Part shown: in pieces, positions 27,298 through 37,125 of the stretch
Layout: each line of letters opens with the position of its first letter
Numbering within the stretch: the stretch's first letter is position 1
NCBI GenBank assembly: GCA_945859975.1
Contig: CAMAPH010000002.1
Location: 109,627 to 173,626 of the forward strand
Source of the DNA: Chthonomonas calidirosea
GTDB taxonomy: Bacteria; Armatimonadota; Fimbriimonadia; Fimbriimonadales; Fimbriimonadaceae
Reading direction: 5' to 3'
Length of the DNA: 64,000 nucleotides
Position numbers and translations under genes: made by a program
The notes under the pieces: model-generated
Told to the model about the DNA's origin: nothing
Databases searched by the model: none
The model's input: only the letters and a program-made list of their open reading frames with translations

Positions 27298-28659
27298 ATG
27301 AAAGCCGCACCGCGAATTCTTGTTTTCGCGGTTCTTGCTCTTTTGAGTTGGAGCATTCTGGCGTCTCACGCCTCAAGCCCATCATTGTTGCAAGACAGCG
27401 ACACGAAGGTTCTGCTCCTCAAAATTCGCGAAGTTAACGACCCAATGCGTTGGTTCTTTGGCGATTGGCCGCTGGAAAACCATTTCTACCGCCCGATTTC
27501 AACGCTGTTCTTCGAACTTGACAACGCAATTGGCGGTTCAAATGCGGCGGTCTACGGGTGGACAAACGCGATTCTTGTGACCGCGAGCATGCTGCTTCTG
27601 GTGTGGCTGGCGTTTGAGCTCTTCGCGAGCTTGCCCATCGCCATTGCTTCGGGAGTGGTCTTCACGCTCTACATCCATGACCGAACCGGCCTTGTCGGAG
27701 TCATTCCGGCGTACTTGGCCATGTTGGTTTTGGTCGTTGGGCTATTCCGGCATGGATTTGCCTTCCGGCAATACATTCCCGCCACGCTAGCCTTGTGGGG
27801 ACTACAAACCATCGCGTTCGGAGCGAGCCCGCTGTGGAACCGCATGATTGGCTGGATTCCCGGACGAACGGCTAGCGTCATGACCGTATTTGCCTTGATC
27901 GCAATGGCGGCATACGCACGGTACGAACGGCTATCTGCGGAGCGATTGCCCCCGCCAGAACCCGGTCCGCTGGACCCGCCAGCCACCCGTGGGACCAAGA
28001 AGTTTACGGCTAAGAACGGCCTTGGATGGGCGTTGCTCAGCATCGTTGCCGCCGCGCTGGCGTTTGGCAGTTATGAGCAAGCCGTGATGCTTCCGGCGGT
28101 CCTCCTTGGGACGGCCATTCTTCTGCGTTGGCAACGGCTCAAGGTTCGTTGGGGCTGGCAAGGCGCTTATTGGGCGCTCCTTGTCGGATACCTGGTGCTT
28201 CGACGGCTGATTCTCCCGACCGAGAACTCGGGTTACCAGGACCAGCAACTGCGGTTCGGACAAGGAGTTTTGATCTCGTTGCTGGAATATGCCGCTCCAT
28301 TCGCGGCCGGGTACAGCACGTTCTGGATCATTGTTACGGGCGACCCTTTGATCTGGGTCACGGGTAGCCCTTGGGCATACATCATTCGTTGGGCCTCTGA
28401 GGTCAACACCTTCGCCGCTGCCCGCAATCAGTGGATCATCTGTGCGGGCGGATATCTCATGAGCCTACTTGCGTACTTGCCGATGGCTTGGCTCCAGCAG
28501 TTCGACCACTATCACTTCTGGCCGCTTGCGCTTCGCTCAATGATGGTTGTCGGGCTCTATGCGGCGATGGTGCCGCTGGTGATTACCGCAGTATCCCGCC
28601 CAACTCAACAATCGCCGCAACGATTGCGTCCCGCGCCTGGTTCCCTTCCTCGTCCGTAA
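27298..28659 (+). CDS. Polytopic membrane protein, possible GT-C-type glycosyltransferase
   Basis: DSD, FYRP and SYEQA motifs; many transmembrane segments. Confidence 0.55.
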   Translation: MKAAPRILVFAVLALLSWSILASHASSPSLLQDSDTKVLLLKIREVNDPMRWFFGDWPLENHFYRPISTLFFELDNAIGGSNAAVYGWTNAILVTASMLLLVWLAFELFASLPIAIASGVVFTLYIHDRTGLVGVIPAYLAMLVLVVGLFRHGFAFRQYIPATLALWGLQTIAFGASPLWNRMIGWIPGRTASVMTVFALIAMAAYARYERLSAERLPPPEPGPLDPPATRGTKKFTAKNGLGWALLSIVAAALAFGSYEQAVMLPAVLLGTAILLRWQRLKVRWGWQGAYWALLVGYLVLRRLILPTENSGYQDQQLRFGQGVLISLLEYAAPFAAGYSTFWIIVTGDPLIWVTGSPWAYIIRWASEVNTFAAARNQWIICAGGYLMSLLAYLPMAWLQQFDHYHFWPLALRSMMVVGLYAAMVPLVITAVSRPTQQSPQRLRPAPGSLPRP

Positions 28660-30622
28660 GGTTCGCGCCCATCTTTCGGAACTGCAGCCCGATGCCGAGG
28701 CTGTGCTTTCCTTCAGGAATTCCGATGCCTTCGTACACGTCGAACAGCCAGCAGTTCTCTAGCAAATCGGTCGGTGCCGAAGTGATCGCCGCTTGGATTT
28801 TGTCAAATGGCACTGACTTATCGATGAGAACCGCGATATCTCGACTGACCGCTGGGTTGCGGCTAATTGATTTCAGTTGCGGATTTTCTTGAGCATTTCG
28901 GAAGGCCGGATCAAGCCAGATTTCTGCGATGAACGTCGCTTCAGGCAAGTCGGAAGCCTCGGCCACAAGCGGATGAATTTGCCCCATGACTCCGATGCAG
29001 TCACCCGCACGGTCAAAAACTAACGCCCGACGTCCTGGATGGAATCGGCCCTCGTTAGGTAACTCGTCTGCGGTGAACCGTGCCTTGATGCCAACACTTC
29101 GAAGCACCGATTCCAGTTCCGCCTTCAACGAATAGAAATCAGCAACCGGTGGCTGATCGCTCGCGCGATTTGCAGGTTGGAGCTTGCCGGTGGAGAGAAC
29201 AGCCATAAAGGCTAGTTCTCGATGTCCATCTTCATCATTCTCGAAAACCTTCCCAACCTCGAAAAGGTGAACGTCTTTGCCGCCGTTGCGCAGTGCCGCT
29301 TCCGTCAGACCCGGCAAGAGCGAGTTGCGCAGTAGCGCAAGCTCTGGCGAGCCCGGATTTCGGGGGCCAACGCGTTCGGTCGGGGCGTCCAGAGGGTGCT
29401 CCGATCGTAGCGTGTGACTGACAACCTGCACATAGCCGAGCCGAATCATGCCTTCGACGACGGCATCGGAGAGTCGATACTTGCCATGCACTCCGCCCAT
29501 CGTGGTGTGTCCAACCGGGAGTTCTTCGGGGATCCGCTGGTAGCCGTGGACTCTTCCGAGTTCTTCGACGACGTCCTCTGCGCGCACGACATCAGGGCGC
29601 CAACTTGGGACTTTCACCTTGAGCGGTTCGGTGGCGAGGATTTCGAAGCCTAGCGCCGAAAGGTAGCGACTGGCTTCATCAAGGGTGATCTCCATGCCAA
29701 GAAGCCGCGAGGCACGAGCGAGCTCAAGTTCAACAGAGACTTCTGCGGGCTCACTTCGAACGACATCGGTCAGTTCGGAGATCGAAACATCTGGCAGAAC
29801 CGTCGTCAGCAATTGAAGAAATCGCCGAATCGCGACGTCCGTGATCTTGGGGTCAACGCTGCGCTCGAATCGGTAGCTCGCCTCTGTGTTGAGTCCAAGC
29901 TGCTTTCGTGTTTTGCGGACGGAGGTGTTGACGAAGTGGGCTGATTCCAAAAGGATCGCGGTCGTTGAATCGTCCACTTCCGTGTCGAATCCGCCCATCA
30001 CTCCGGCTACTCCGACCGGTCGCGATGCGTCGCAAATCATGAGTTGGCCCGCGGTCAGGTTGCGGTCGACGCCGTCCAGCGTCTTGATCGTCTCACCGTC
30101 TCTCGCTTCGCGGACGACGATCTCTTTTCCGAGCTTTCCGAGGTCGTATGCGTGCAGCGGCTGGCCGATTTCCAGCATCACGTAGTTCGTGAGGTCGACC
30201 AGCAGGCTTATTGAGCGCATTCCGATCCGCTCAAGTCGATACTTGATCCAGTCCGGAGTGGCGGCACTAGAGATGCCGGAGACGGTCACACAGGCGAACC
30301 GATTGCATAACGCCGAATCGATGCGGACCAAAGCCTCCGCCGGTCGAGACGTAGCCACGTTTGGGAAGCCCGACTTGGCCGCAAGATAGAGTTCGGTCGG
30401 CTGGCTGTCGGCGTCCTTAGCAAGAACTTCGCGAGCGAGGCCGAGAATGCTGAGCCCGTCGCCGCGGTTCGACATCACTTTGACGTCGAGAATAGGATCT
30501 TCTGAAGTTTCCTCTTCAATCCCCTCAAGCTCAAAGCCGGCCATCGTGAGCAGGTCGCCCAGGGCTTCGGCATTAAGGGAAGTCGCGACGTAGTCGCGCA
30601 TCGTGGAGTAGGTGAACTTCAT
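28583..30622 (-). CDS. pheT: Phenylalanine-tRNA ligase beta subunit, short form
   Basis: NRGD, GQPLHAYD, GVMGG, EASYRFER, PSWRPD...DVVEE and a C-terminal FDX-ACB domain. Confidence 0.95.
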   Translation of the reverse strand: MKFTYSTMRDYVATSLNAEALGDLLTMAGFELEGIEEETSEDPILDVKVMSNRGDGLSILGLAREVLAKDADSQPTELYLAAKSGFPNVATSRPAEALVRIDSALCNRFACVTVSGISSAATPDWIKYRLERIGMRSISLLVDLTNYVMLEIGQPLHAYDLGKLGKEIVVREARDGETIKTLDGVDRNLTAGQLMICDASRPVGVAGVMGGFDTEVDDSTTAILLESAHFVNTSVRKTRKQLGLNTEASYRFERSVDPKITDVAIRRFLQLLTTVLPDVSISELTDVVRSEPAEVSVELELARASRLLGMEITLDEASRYLSALGFEILATEPLKVKVPSWRPDVVRAEDVVEELGRVHGYQRIPEELPVGHTTMGGVHGKYRLSDAVVEGMIRLGYVQVVSHTLRSEHPLDAPTERVGPRNPGSPELALLRNSLLPGLTEAALRNGGKDVHLFEVGKVFENDEDGHRELAFMAVLSTGKLQPANRASDQPPVADFYSLKAELESVLRSVGIKARFTADELPNEGRFHPGRRALVFDRAGDCIGVMGQIHPLVAEASDLPEATFIAEIWLDPAFRNAQENPQLKSISRNPAVSRDIAVLIDKSVPFDKIQAAITSAPTDLLENCWLFDVYEGIGIPEGKHSLGIGLQFRKMGANLTDEEGNQARDAIVAAIVELGGILR

Positions 30623-30637
30623 GCGTCGGACAGTTTA

Positions 30638-30665
30638 CTAGCGGCCCCTGATTTGGGGCCGCTAG
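30638..30665. other. 11-bp stem-loop between the desaturase gene and pheT
   Basis: CTAGCGGCCCC-tgattt-GGGGCCGCTAG. Confidence 0.6.
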
Positions 30666-30681
30666 GGCGAGACGGAATGTC

Positions 30682-31800
30682 TCAGCTTGGGATCAGCTTA
30701 AGGAAGGAAGTGCGCTCGGACTCAGGGACTTGGATGCCCTCTTCGTACTTGGCAATCTTCTGCCAAAGCATGTTGGCCTTCTTGGTTGCCTTCTCGTAGT
30801 CGAAGCCTTCAAACACGGCACCAGGTCGCATCTCGCCGTCGACCTCGGGCACTCGGCGCGAAGCGCGAATTCCAGCCTCAACTGCCTTCAGATCGTCAAT
30901 GCCAAGTGCTTCTAGAGCAACCTTCGCAACGTCTCGCGAATACTGTCGCATACCGAAGATCGCCGACTTGTGCAGGATCGTCGCAAACTCATCGTAGTCT
31001 GGAATGATGTGGCGGGCAGGCATCGCGAAGTGGCGAAGCACCTCGACGCAGACCTCGGTCGCTCGCTCTGGGAAGAAGTACATCAGCAACCAGCAACCTT
31101 CAAGGAAGAAGGCATAGTGGGCGCTTTCGTCCATCGCGATAAAGCGACAAGCATCGACGAAAACTGGATCGTAATCCGTCGTAAGCGTGCTTGCATTCCA
31201 GTTTCCTTTTGCTACCAAACCAAGGTTAAGGTAGTTGATCTGGGTTGCGCGTTCTTGGAAGACGGTATAGAAGAACATGTGGATGGGATCTTCCCAAGGA
31301 AGGTGCCATTGTTGTCCTCTTAAGTTGTAGCTGTACTCCTCAATCTCGTCCGTCGTCATCGCCTTCGTGAAGATGAGGGAGTTGCGCCAGAGGTCGCTAT
31401 GTCGCTCTTCCTCGGCGCCCCATCGAAGGTGGAACTGCACCCGCCCATAGCTTTGGCGGAACATCTTGAGGCCTTCCGAAACGTAGTCTGGGATGTACTG
31501 CTCGACGGCATAGAATCCACGCAGAATCGTGTTGAATTCTTCGGTGTGGTCCGTTCGAACTTTCGACCATTCGATCGACGTGTCTGGGTTCCAGTTTCGG
31601 GCACGTTGCGATTTCTCGGTGTACCACCGATAGAGACCGTAGAGGCAGCGTTCCAAACAGAGCCATCGCTCTTGAATGGAATAGTTTCCTACCGGGCCAG
31701 ACGGGAGATTATCTTCGTACCACTGGACCAGGGAGCGAGGAACGATTTCGTCCTTGTAACAATTAACTTGCGTCATTTCTATAAGTCCTGGTGTGACCAC
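30682..31800 (-). CDS. Acyl-ACP desaturase-like diiron (ferritin-like) protein
   Basis: WNP...I.W, WGAEEERH, FQERAT and IAMDESAH; start uncertain (31800 or 31776). Confidence 0.85.
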   Translation of the reverse strand: MVTPGLIEMTQVNCYKDEIVPRSLVQWYEDNLPSGPVGNYSIQERWLCLERCLYGLYRWYTEKSQRARNWNPDTSIEWSKVRTDHTEEFNTILRGFYAVEQYIPDYVSEGLKMFRQSYGRVQFHLRWGAEEERHSDLWRNSLIFTKAMTTDEIEEYSYNLRGQQWHLPWEDPIHMFFYTVFQERATQINYLNLGLVAKGNWNASTLTTDYDPVFVDACRFIAMDESAHYAFFLEGCWLLMYFFPERATEVCVEVLRHFAMPARHIIPDYDEFATILHKSAIFGMRQYSRDVAKVALEALGIDDLKAVEAGIRASRRVPEVDGEMRPGAVFEGFDYEKATKKANMLWQKIAKYEEGIQVPESERTSFLKLIPS

Positions 31801-31953
31801 TCTCGAAGATGCATTGCATCATCATCACTCGGATGTGTCATCAACTCTGCCTTCATCCCGGTGCACCCTCGGCCAAAGGTGAATGCAGCTACTGAACGTG
31901 TTTTACGTGCTGTACTACTCATTCTAGCGGTTTTCGTCTTTGCTTTTCCGAAC

Positions 31954-32961
31954 CTACGCGGCAATTCCTTGGAATTGGGACAAGAACCTCAAATCGTTCT
32001 CCAGGAACAACCGGAGGTCATCCACACCGTAGGCCATCATCGGGATTCGCTCGACTCCTAAGCCAAAGGCGAACCCAGAATACTTCTGAGGGTCGATTCC
32101 GTTGGCCTCGAGGATGTTTGGATGGATGAGGCCAGCGCCGCCAAGCTCCACCCATCGGCCGTTGAAGAGCTTCGGTGACGAAATCGCGTAATCCACGCCC
32201 GGCTCCACGAACGGGAAGAAATCGGGACGGAATCGCACCTTGACCTCCGGTCCAAACATCGCTCGGGCGAAGGTGCCCAACGTTCCCTTGAGGTGCGCCA
32301 TGGAGACGTTCTCGTCAATCATGAAGCAGTCGACCTGGTGGAACGTGTGGTTATGGGTTCGGTCGACGGCCTCGTTTCGGAAGGTTCGGCCGACGGTGAA
32401 CACTCTCAGCGGCGGCTTCTCCTGCGCGAAGATTCGGCCTTGGAGTGCGGTGCACTGGGTTCGCAGCACGAGGTCGTCCGCAACGTAGAACGTGTCCTGG
32501 TCGTCCATGGCCGGGTGATCGGGAGGGTAGTTCAGGGCATCGAAGTTGTACTTAAAGTCCTCAAGCTCTGGGCCTTCTTCGTAGCGAAATCCGAGGCCGC
32601 CGAGCACGCGCTTGATCTTGAGCGTTGTGAGGTGCAGGATGTGAGCATAGCCGACTCGGGTCTGCCGTCCTGGCATCGTGACATCGATCTTTTCGGCTTC
32701 GAAGCGATGCGCCATCTCGACATCACGCAAAGCGGAAAATCGATTGTCGATCGATTCTTGAACGGTAGCCTTTGCCGTATTGACCGCGGCCCCGAATGCG
32801 GGTTTTTCTTCGGCGGACAGCGAACCCATTTGCCGCATGAGCGAAGTGATCAGCCCGTTCTTGCCAAGATATTTGATCTCAATTTGTTTGAGATCAGCCG
32901 TAGATGCTGCGGCGGTGATTTCGTCCTGCGCCGCCAAAACCAGCGAACCTACGTTTTCCAT
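31954..32961 (-). CDS. pheS: Phenylalanine-tRNA ligase alpha subunit
   Basis: HPA, QDTFY, LRTQ, FHQVD, FPFVEP and GFAFGLGVER. Confidence 0.97.
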   Translation of the reverse strand: MENVGSLVLAAQDEITAAASTADLKQIEIKYLGKNGLITSLMRQMGSLSAEEKPAFGAAVNTAKATVQESIDNRFSALRDVEMAHRFEAEKIDVTMPGRQTRVGYAHILHLTTLKIKRVLGGLGFRYEEGPELEDFKYNFDALNYPPDHPAMDDQDTFYVADDLVLRTQCTALQGRIFAQEKPPLRVFTVGRTFRNEAVDRTHNHTFHQVDCFMIDENVSMAHLKGTLGTFARAMFGPEVKVRFRPDFFPFVEPGVDYAISSPKLFNGRWVELGGAGLIHPNILEANGIDPQKYSGFAFGLGVERIPMMAYGVDDLRLFLENDLRFLSQFQGIAA

Positions 32962-33017
32962 GTGCCGCTCATTTTGACACGATGGGCATTGGCGAAATGC
33001 GGACGCTAAACTGTGGT

Positions 33018-34241
33018 GTGGTTACCGAGCGCATCAGTCTGCATGGCGATCTTCTGGACAAGAATCTTTTGGGCCAGGTCCTAGATCTTCTGAACGCGCA
33101 CGGCGTTCAATTTGCCACCAAGAAGTTTCATGTTGGCGAGTGGAGCCAAATGCCTTCGATCATCGAGATCTCCATTTCTGCGGACACGATGGACCGCCTG
33201 AACGAGACTCTGGAGGCTCTGCGTCCCCTTGGCGCAACCTTCTCGCTCGAAAACGCTACGCTCGCCGTCGCGGAGCAAGATGGCGTTTTGCCGGAAGACT
33301 TCCACAGCACCACCAACTTCCCCACTCAGGTCCTCATTGACGGGCACCGGATCGATGTCGAGAGGCTGGAGATGGACTGTGGCATTCGAGTTTGGCAAGA
33401 CCAGGGCCGCTGGCGAGCCGAAACTTGCCCGATGCATCGCGTCATCAAGGGTGACCTATTGGTCGTCGGTTGGGATGGCGTGCGGGTGAGCCCGGAAACC
33501 GAGGAAGCCGATGAGCAGGAAGCCTTCCGCTTTATGAGCAACGACATCAGCTCAGAGCGTCCGAAGTCCCGCATGATCGCCCAAGCCGCCGCACACATTC
33601 GCGAGGCCCGTGCAAAGGGCGAAAAGGTGCTGCTCGTCGGCGGTCCCGCCATCATCCATTCCGGCTGTGGGCCGGTGCTTGCTCAGCTCATTCAGAACGG
33701 CTGGATTACGCTGCTCTTCGCGGGCAACGCACTTGCCGCGCACGACATCGAATCCGAGATGCTCGGAACGTCTCTCGGCGTTGATCTCGGAACCGGGCAG
33801 AGCAAGACTCACGGACATACCCACCATCTGCGCGCGATCAACCGTGTGCGCCGCGCGGGCAGCATTCAAGCTGCCGTTGAGACCGGCCTCATCACGGCGG
33901 GTGCAATGCATGCCTGCATCAAAACGGGCACGCCGTTTGTACTTTGCGGCTCGATTCGAGACGACGGCCCATTGCCGGATGTCATTACGGACAACGTGCT
34001 CGCCGTGGACACGATGCGCGAGCACGTCGGGAACGTTGGCGTGTGCCTGATGGTCGCGACGACCCTTCACAGCGTTGCTACTGGCAACATCCTTCCGGCC
34101 AAGGTCAAGACTTACTGCGTCGATTCCGATGCGGATACCGTGATCAAACTCACTGACCGTGGCACCCACCAGGCGGTCGGGATCGTGACCGATTGCGAGT
34201 TCTTTATGAAGGAACTGTCCGCCCAACTCGGAACCAACTGA
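33018..34241 (+). CDS. TIGR00300-type protein (LOR/SDH-like; ornithine cyclodeaminase-type domain of ArgZ/AgrE)
   Basis: FHSTTN, EMDC, FRFM...SSERPK, GNALAAHDIE, GSIRDDGPLP and LHSVATGN. Confidence 0.85.
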   Translation: MVTERISLHGDLLDKNLLGQVLDLLNAHGVQFATKKFHVGEWSQMPSIIEISISADTMDRLNETLEALRPLGATFSLENATLAVAEQDGVLPEDFHSTTNFPTQVLIDGHRIDVERLEMDCGIRVWQDQGRWRAETCPMHRVIKGDLLVVGWDGVRVSPETEEADEQEAFRFMSNDISSERPKSRMIAQAAAHIREARAKGEKVLLVGGPAIIHSGCGPVLAQLIQNGWITLLFAGNALAAHDIESEMLGTSLGVDLGTGQSKTHGHTHHLRAINRVRRAGSIQAAVETGLITAGAMHACIKTGTPFVLCGSIRDDGPLPDVITDNVLAVDTMREHVGNVGVCLMVATTLHSVATGNILPAKVKTYCVDSDADTVIKLTDRGTHQAVGIVTDCEFFMKELSAQLGTN

Positions 34242-34272
34242 AACAATTTCATCCGAAGATCCCAAAAACTGG

Positions 34273-34301
34273 CGCCTTGGTAGACACTGTCTACCAAGGC
34301 G
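34273..34301. promoter_or_regulatory. Perfect 29-bp palindrome, probable TetR operator
   Basis: CGCCTTGGTAGACA-C-TGTCTACCAAGGCG overlapping a TAGACA -35-like hexamer, 20 nt before an operon that ends in a TetR gene. Confidence 0.75.
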
Positions 34302-34321
34302 TGGTAGGGTGACGCTGGCTC

Positions 34322-35647
34322 ATGAAAATGGATCATCCGACCGTCCTCAAAGTGAAGGCGCAACCTCCGGCAGCGGAACCAACGCGAATTACTGCCCAAG
34401 AACTCCGCCAGCTCTGCCTCGATTGCGGTGCCGACGATGCCGGTGTGGTTCTCCTGGAGCGCCCGGAGCTTGATACGGAGCGTTCTTACATCCTGAAGGC
34501 CCTCCCTTCTACTCAGGCGGTCATTTCCTTTGTTGTCCGAATGTCACCCGAAGCCGTCCGCTCGACCGCCCGAAGCGTGGCGAATCAAGAATTCCATGCC
34601 GCGACCAAGGAACTCACCCACATTGCAAGGGCCATTTCGAAAGCTTTGCGAGACCGGGGGATCAGGTCGCTCCCGACCGCCGCCGGATTTCCGATGGAAA
34701 TGACGGAGCTGCCGGGCCGAAGTTGGATTGTCGCGCACAAGGTCGTGGCCGAAGCCGCGGGCATGGGCAAAATGGGGATTCACCGGAATGTCATCCATCC
34801 GATCTTCGGCAACTTCATCTTGCTGGACAGCATTCTCATCGACACGGCGCCAACCGATGACAGCCAGCCGATCGATTACAACCCGTGTCTCGAATGCAAG
34901 CTTTGCGTGGCCGCTTGCCCGGTCGGGGCAATTGCGCCAGATGGTCACTTCGATGCCGTGGCGTGCCTCAACCACAACTATCGTGAATTCTTTGGTGGGT
35001 TTATCGACTGGGTGGATACCGTCGCGGATAGCAAGAACCGGCACGAGTACCAAAGGAAGGTGGAAGACACGGAAACCGCAAGCCTTTGGCAAAGCCTATC
35101 GTTTGGTGCGAACTACAAATCGGCTTACTGCGTTGCGGCTTGCCCGGCTGGGGAGGACGTGATCGGGCCGTTTCTTCGAAACAAAGCAAAGTTCATCAAG
35201 GAAGTTTTGAATCCGTTGCAGGAGAAGGAGGAGCGAATCTACGTGGTGCCGGGAACGGACGCGGATGCATACGTGCAGAAACGATTCCCCCACAAAACGG
35301 TCCGGCACATTGGAAGCGGGATTAGGCCACGGACCCTTGCAAAGTTTCTCGAAGCGATGCCCCTTGGCTTCCAACGCGGAAAAGCCCGTGGCCTTTTGCT
35401 ACGACTGCACTTTACGTTCACCGGGCCCGAGCCTGGTCAATTCACGTTCACGATTGCGAATCAAAAGCTCAACATCGAACGCTCCCACACCGGGACTCCG
35501 GATCTTTCTGTCACCGTGAACTCCCGAGCTTGGCTGGATTTTGTTTCGAAGCGGCGTTCGTTGCCAAATCTCCTTCTCACCCGAGCCCTCCGGCTGCGTG
35601 GAAATCCCAAACACCTGGCTGCTTTTGGAAAGTGCTTCCCCGGATAA
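34322..35647 (+). CDS. QueG/reductive-dehalogenase-like Fe-S protein fused to a C-terminal SCP2-like domain
   Basis: HKVVAEAAGMG..G....VIHP.FG; CLECKLCVAACP and YCVAACP; C-terminal HFTFTG...PDL...LRLRGN. Confidence 0.75.
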   Translation: MKMDHPTVLKVKAQPPAAEPTRITAQELRQLCLDCGADDAGVVLLERPELDTERSYILKALPSTQAVISFVVRMSPEAVRSTARSVANQEFHAATKELTHIARAISKALRDRGIRSLPTAAGFPMEMTELPGRSWIVAHKVVAEAAGMGKMGIHRNVIHPIFGNFILLDSILIDTAPTDDSQPIDYNPCLECKLCVAACPVGAIAPDGHFDAVACLNHNYREFFGGFIDWVDTVADSKNRHEYQRKVEDTETASLWQSLSFGANYKSAYCVAACPAGEDVIGPFLRNKAKFIKEVLNPLQEKEERIYVVPGTDADAYVQKRFPHKTVRHIGSGIRPRTLAKFLEAMPLGFQRGKARGLLLRLHFTFTGPEPGQFTFTIANQKLNIERSHTGTPDLSVTVNSRAWLDFVSKRRSLPNLLLTRALRLRGNPKHLAAFGKCFPG

Positions 35648-35653
35648 TTGAAC

Positions 35654-36448
35654 ATGAATCAACGCCTGAAATCTCAGTACGGCCCTTGGGCCATTGTCAC
35701 TGGTGCATCCTCCGGCATCGGGCAAGCGTTTGCCACTGAGCTTGCCACCGCCGGGCTCAATGTCGTCCTGGTCGCCCGAAACGAGTCTGCTCTAGCCAAT
35801 CTCGAATTGATTCTTCGGAAGGCGCACTCCATCCAAACCCGGGTGATCGTGGCCGATTTAGCCGAGAGAGCCGGGGTGATCAGCGTTACAGAAGGCACCA
35901 AAGATCTCGAAATCGGACTACTGGTTGCATCGGCTGGGTTTGGCTCATCGGGGCCGTTCCTTGCCGCCGATATCGCGGAACACCAAAACATGCTCAGCGT
36001 CAATTGCGATGCGCTGATGACGCTGACTCACGGCATCGGGGCTCGACTCAATGCACAACGCCGAGGCGGGGTCATTCTGCTCTCCAGCCTCCTGGCTTGG
36101 CAGGGGGTGCCGAACTCGGCGGTTTATGCCGCGAGCAAGGGGTTTGTGCAATCGCTTGCGGAAGGTTTGTCGCTGGAATGGAAATCGAACGGCGTGGACG
36201 TGCTGAGTTGTGCGCCCGGGCCGGTGCTCACCGCCTTCGAAAAGCGAGCGAATATGACGATCAAGGCCGGCGCGACCGCCGAGCAGGTCGCCAAGGCATC
36301 GCTCCGCGCCCTCGGGAGGCGCTCATTGGTCATTCCCGGAGTGCTTTCAAAAGTTCTCAGCTATTCGCTATTCACCTGTCCGCGCCCTTGGCGGGTCCAT
36401 ATCATGAAGCAGGTGATGGCGGGACTCTCGAACTACGGAAAGTCGTAG
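35654..36448 (+). CDS. Short-chain dehydrogenase/reductase
   Basis: TGASSGIG; YAASK. Confidence 0.92.
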   Translation: MNQRLKSQYGPWAIVTGASSGIGQAFATELATAGLNVVLVARNESALANLELILRKAHSIQTRVIVADLAERAGVISVTEGTKDLEIGLLVASAGFGSSGPFLAADIAEHQNMLSVNCDALMTLTHGIGARLNAQRRGGVILLSSLLAWQGVPNSAVYAASKGFVQSLAEGLSLEWKSNGVDVLSCAPGPVLTAFEKRANMTIKAGATAEQVAKASLRALGRRSLVIPGVLSKVLSYSLFTCPRPWRVHIMKQVMAGLSNYGKS

Positions 36449-36462
36449 ACTTGACGTCACTG

Positions 36463-37125
36463 ATGTCGGAACTCTCCAACCCAACTCGGGCGGATCGGTC
36501 AGGGCTTGGCGTGCGCGAAGCATGTATTCAGGAAGCCCTGAACATCATCGCGACCGACGGGATTGAGAACCTGAGCCTCCGCGAAGTTGCACGCCGACTT
36601 TCGATTTCCCATCAGGCGCCATACAAGCACTTCCCTAACCGTGAAGATTTGCTGGCCGAGGTCATCGGGCGGGCATTCGACGACTTCGCGACTTTTCTCC
36701 ATTCTCGTCCGGTGGCCGAGCACCCTCAGCAGGACCTTGGCGAGATCGGCCAAAGGTATCTAACTTATGCCCGGGTAAAGCCGCTCCAGTACCGGCTGAT
36801 GTTCGAGACGCCCTTTCCAAACCTCCATCGCCACGCGGGACTAGAACAAAAGGCGACGGCCGCCTTCGGCCTTCTTCACGACGCGATTCGGCGGTTGCGC
36901 GGCAACGACAATCCCGAAGCGAACCGGGAGTTGGCGCTTTTTGCTTGGTCCACCGTACATGGTTTGGCTTCGATCACGACGAACGGCGCATTGCCGGCGG
37001 TCGGAATTTCTGCCCCGGATGCGCAATCCCGCGCGGTCGAACATGTGCTGGCCATGATCTGCAACGGCATCGTCGCGCCTTCTCCGTTCACAATATCGAA
37101 GCCCAATGAGCCAACCAAACCCTGA
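36463..37125 (+). CDS. TetR/AcrR family regulator (WHG-type C-terminus)
   Basis: LSLREVARRLSISHQAPYKHF; AWSTVHGLA. Confidence 0.9.
   Translation: MSELSNPTRADRSGLGVREACIQEALNIIATDGIENLSLREVARRLSISHQAPYKHFPNREDLLAEVIGRAFDDFATFLHSRPVAEHPQQDLGEIGQRYLTYARVKPLQYRLMFETPFPNLHRHAGLEQKATAAFGLLHDAIRRLRGNDNPEANRELALFAWSTVHGLASITTNGALPAVGISAPDAQSRAVEHVLAMICNGIVAPSPFTISKPNEPTKP

Noticed and set aside
36004..36462. N-terminal extension of the TetR ORF
   Set aside because: It overlaps the SDR gene; the HTH begins after the ATG at 36463
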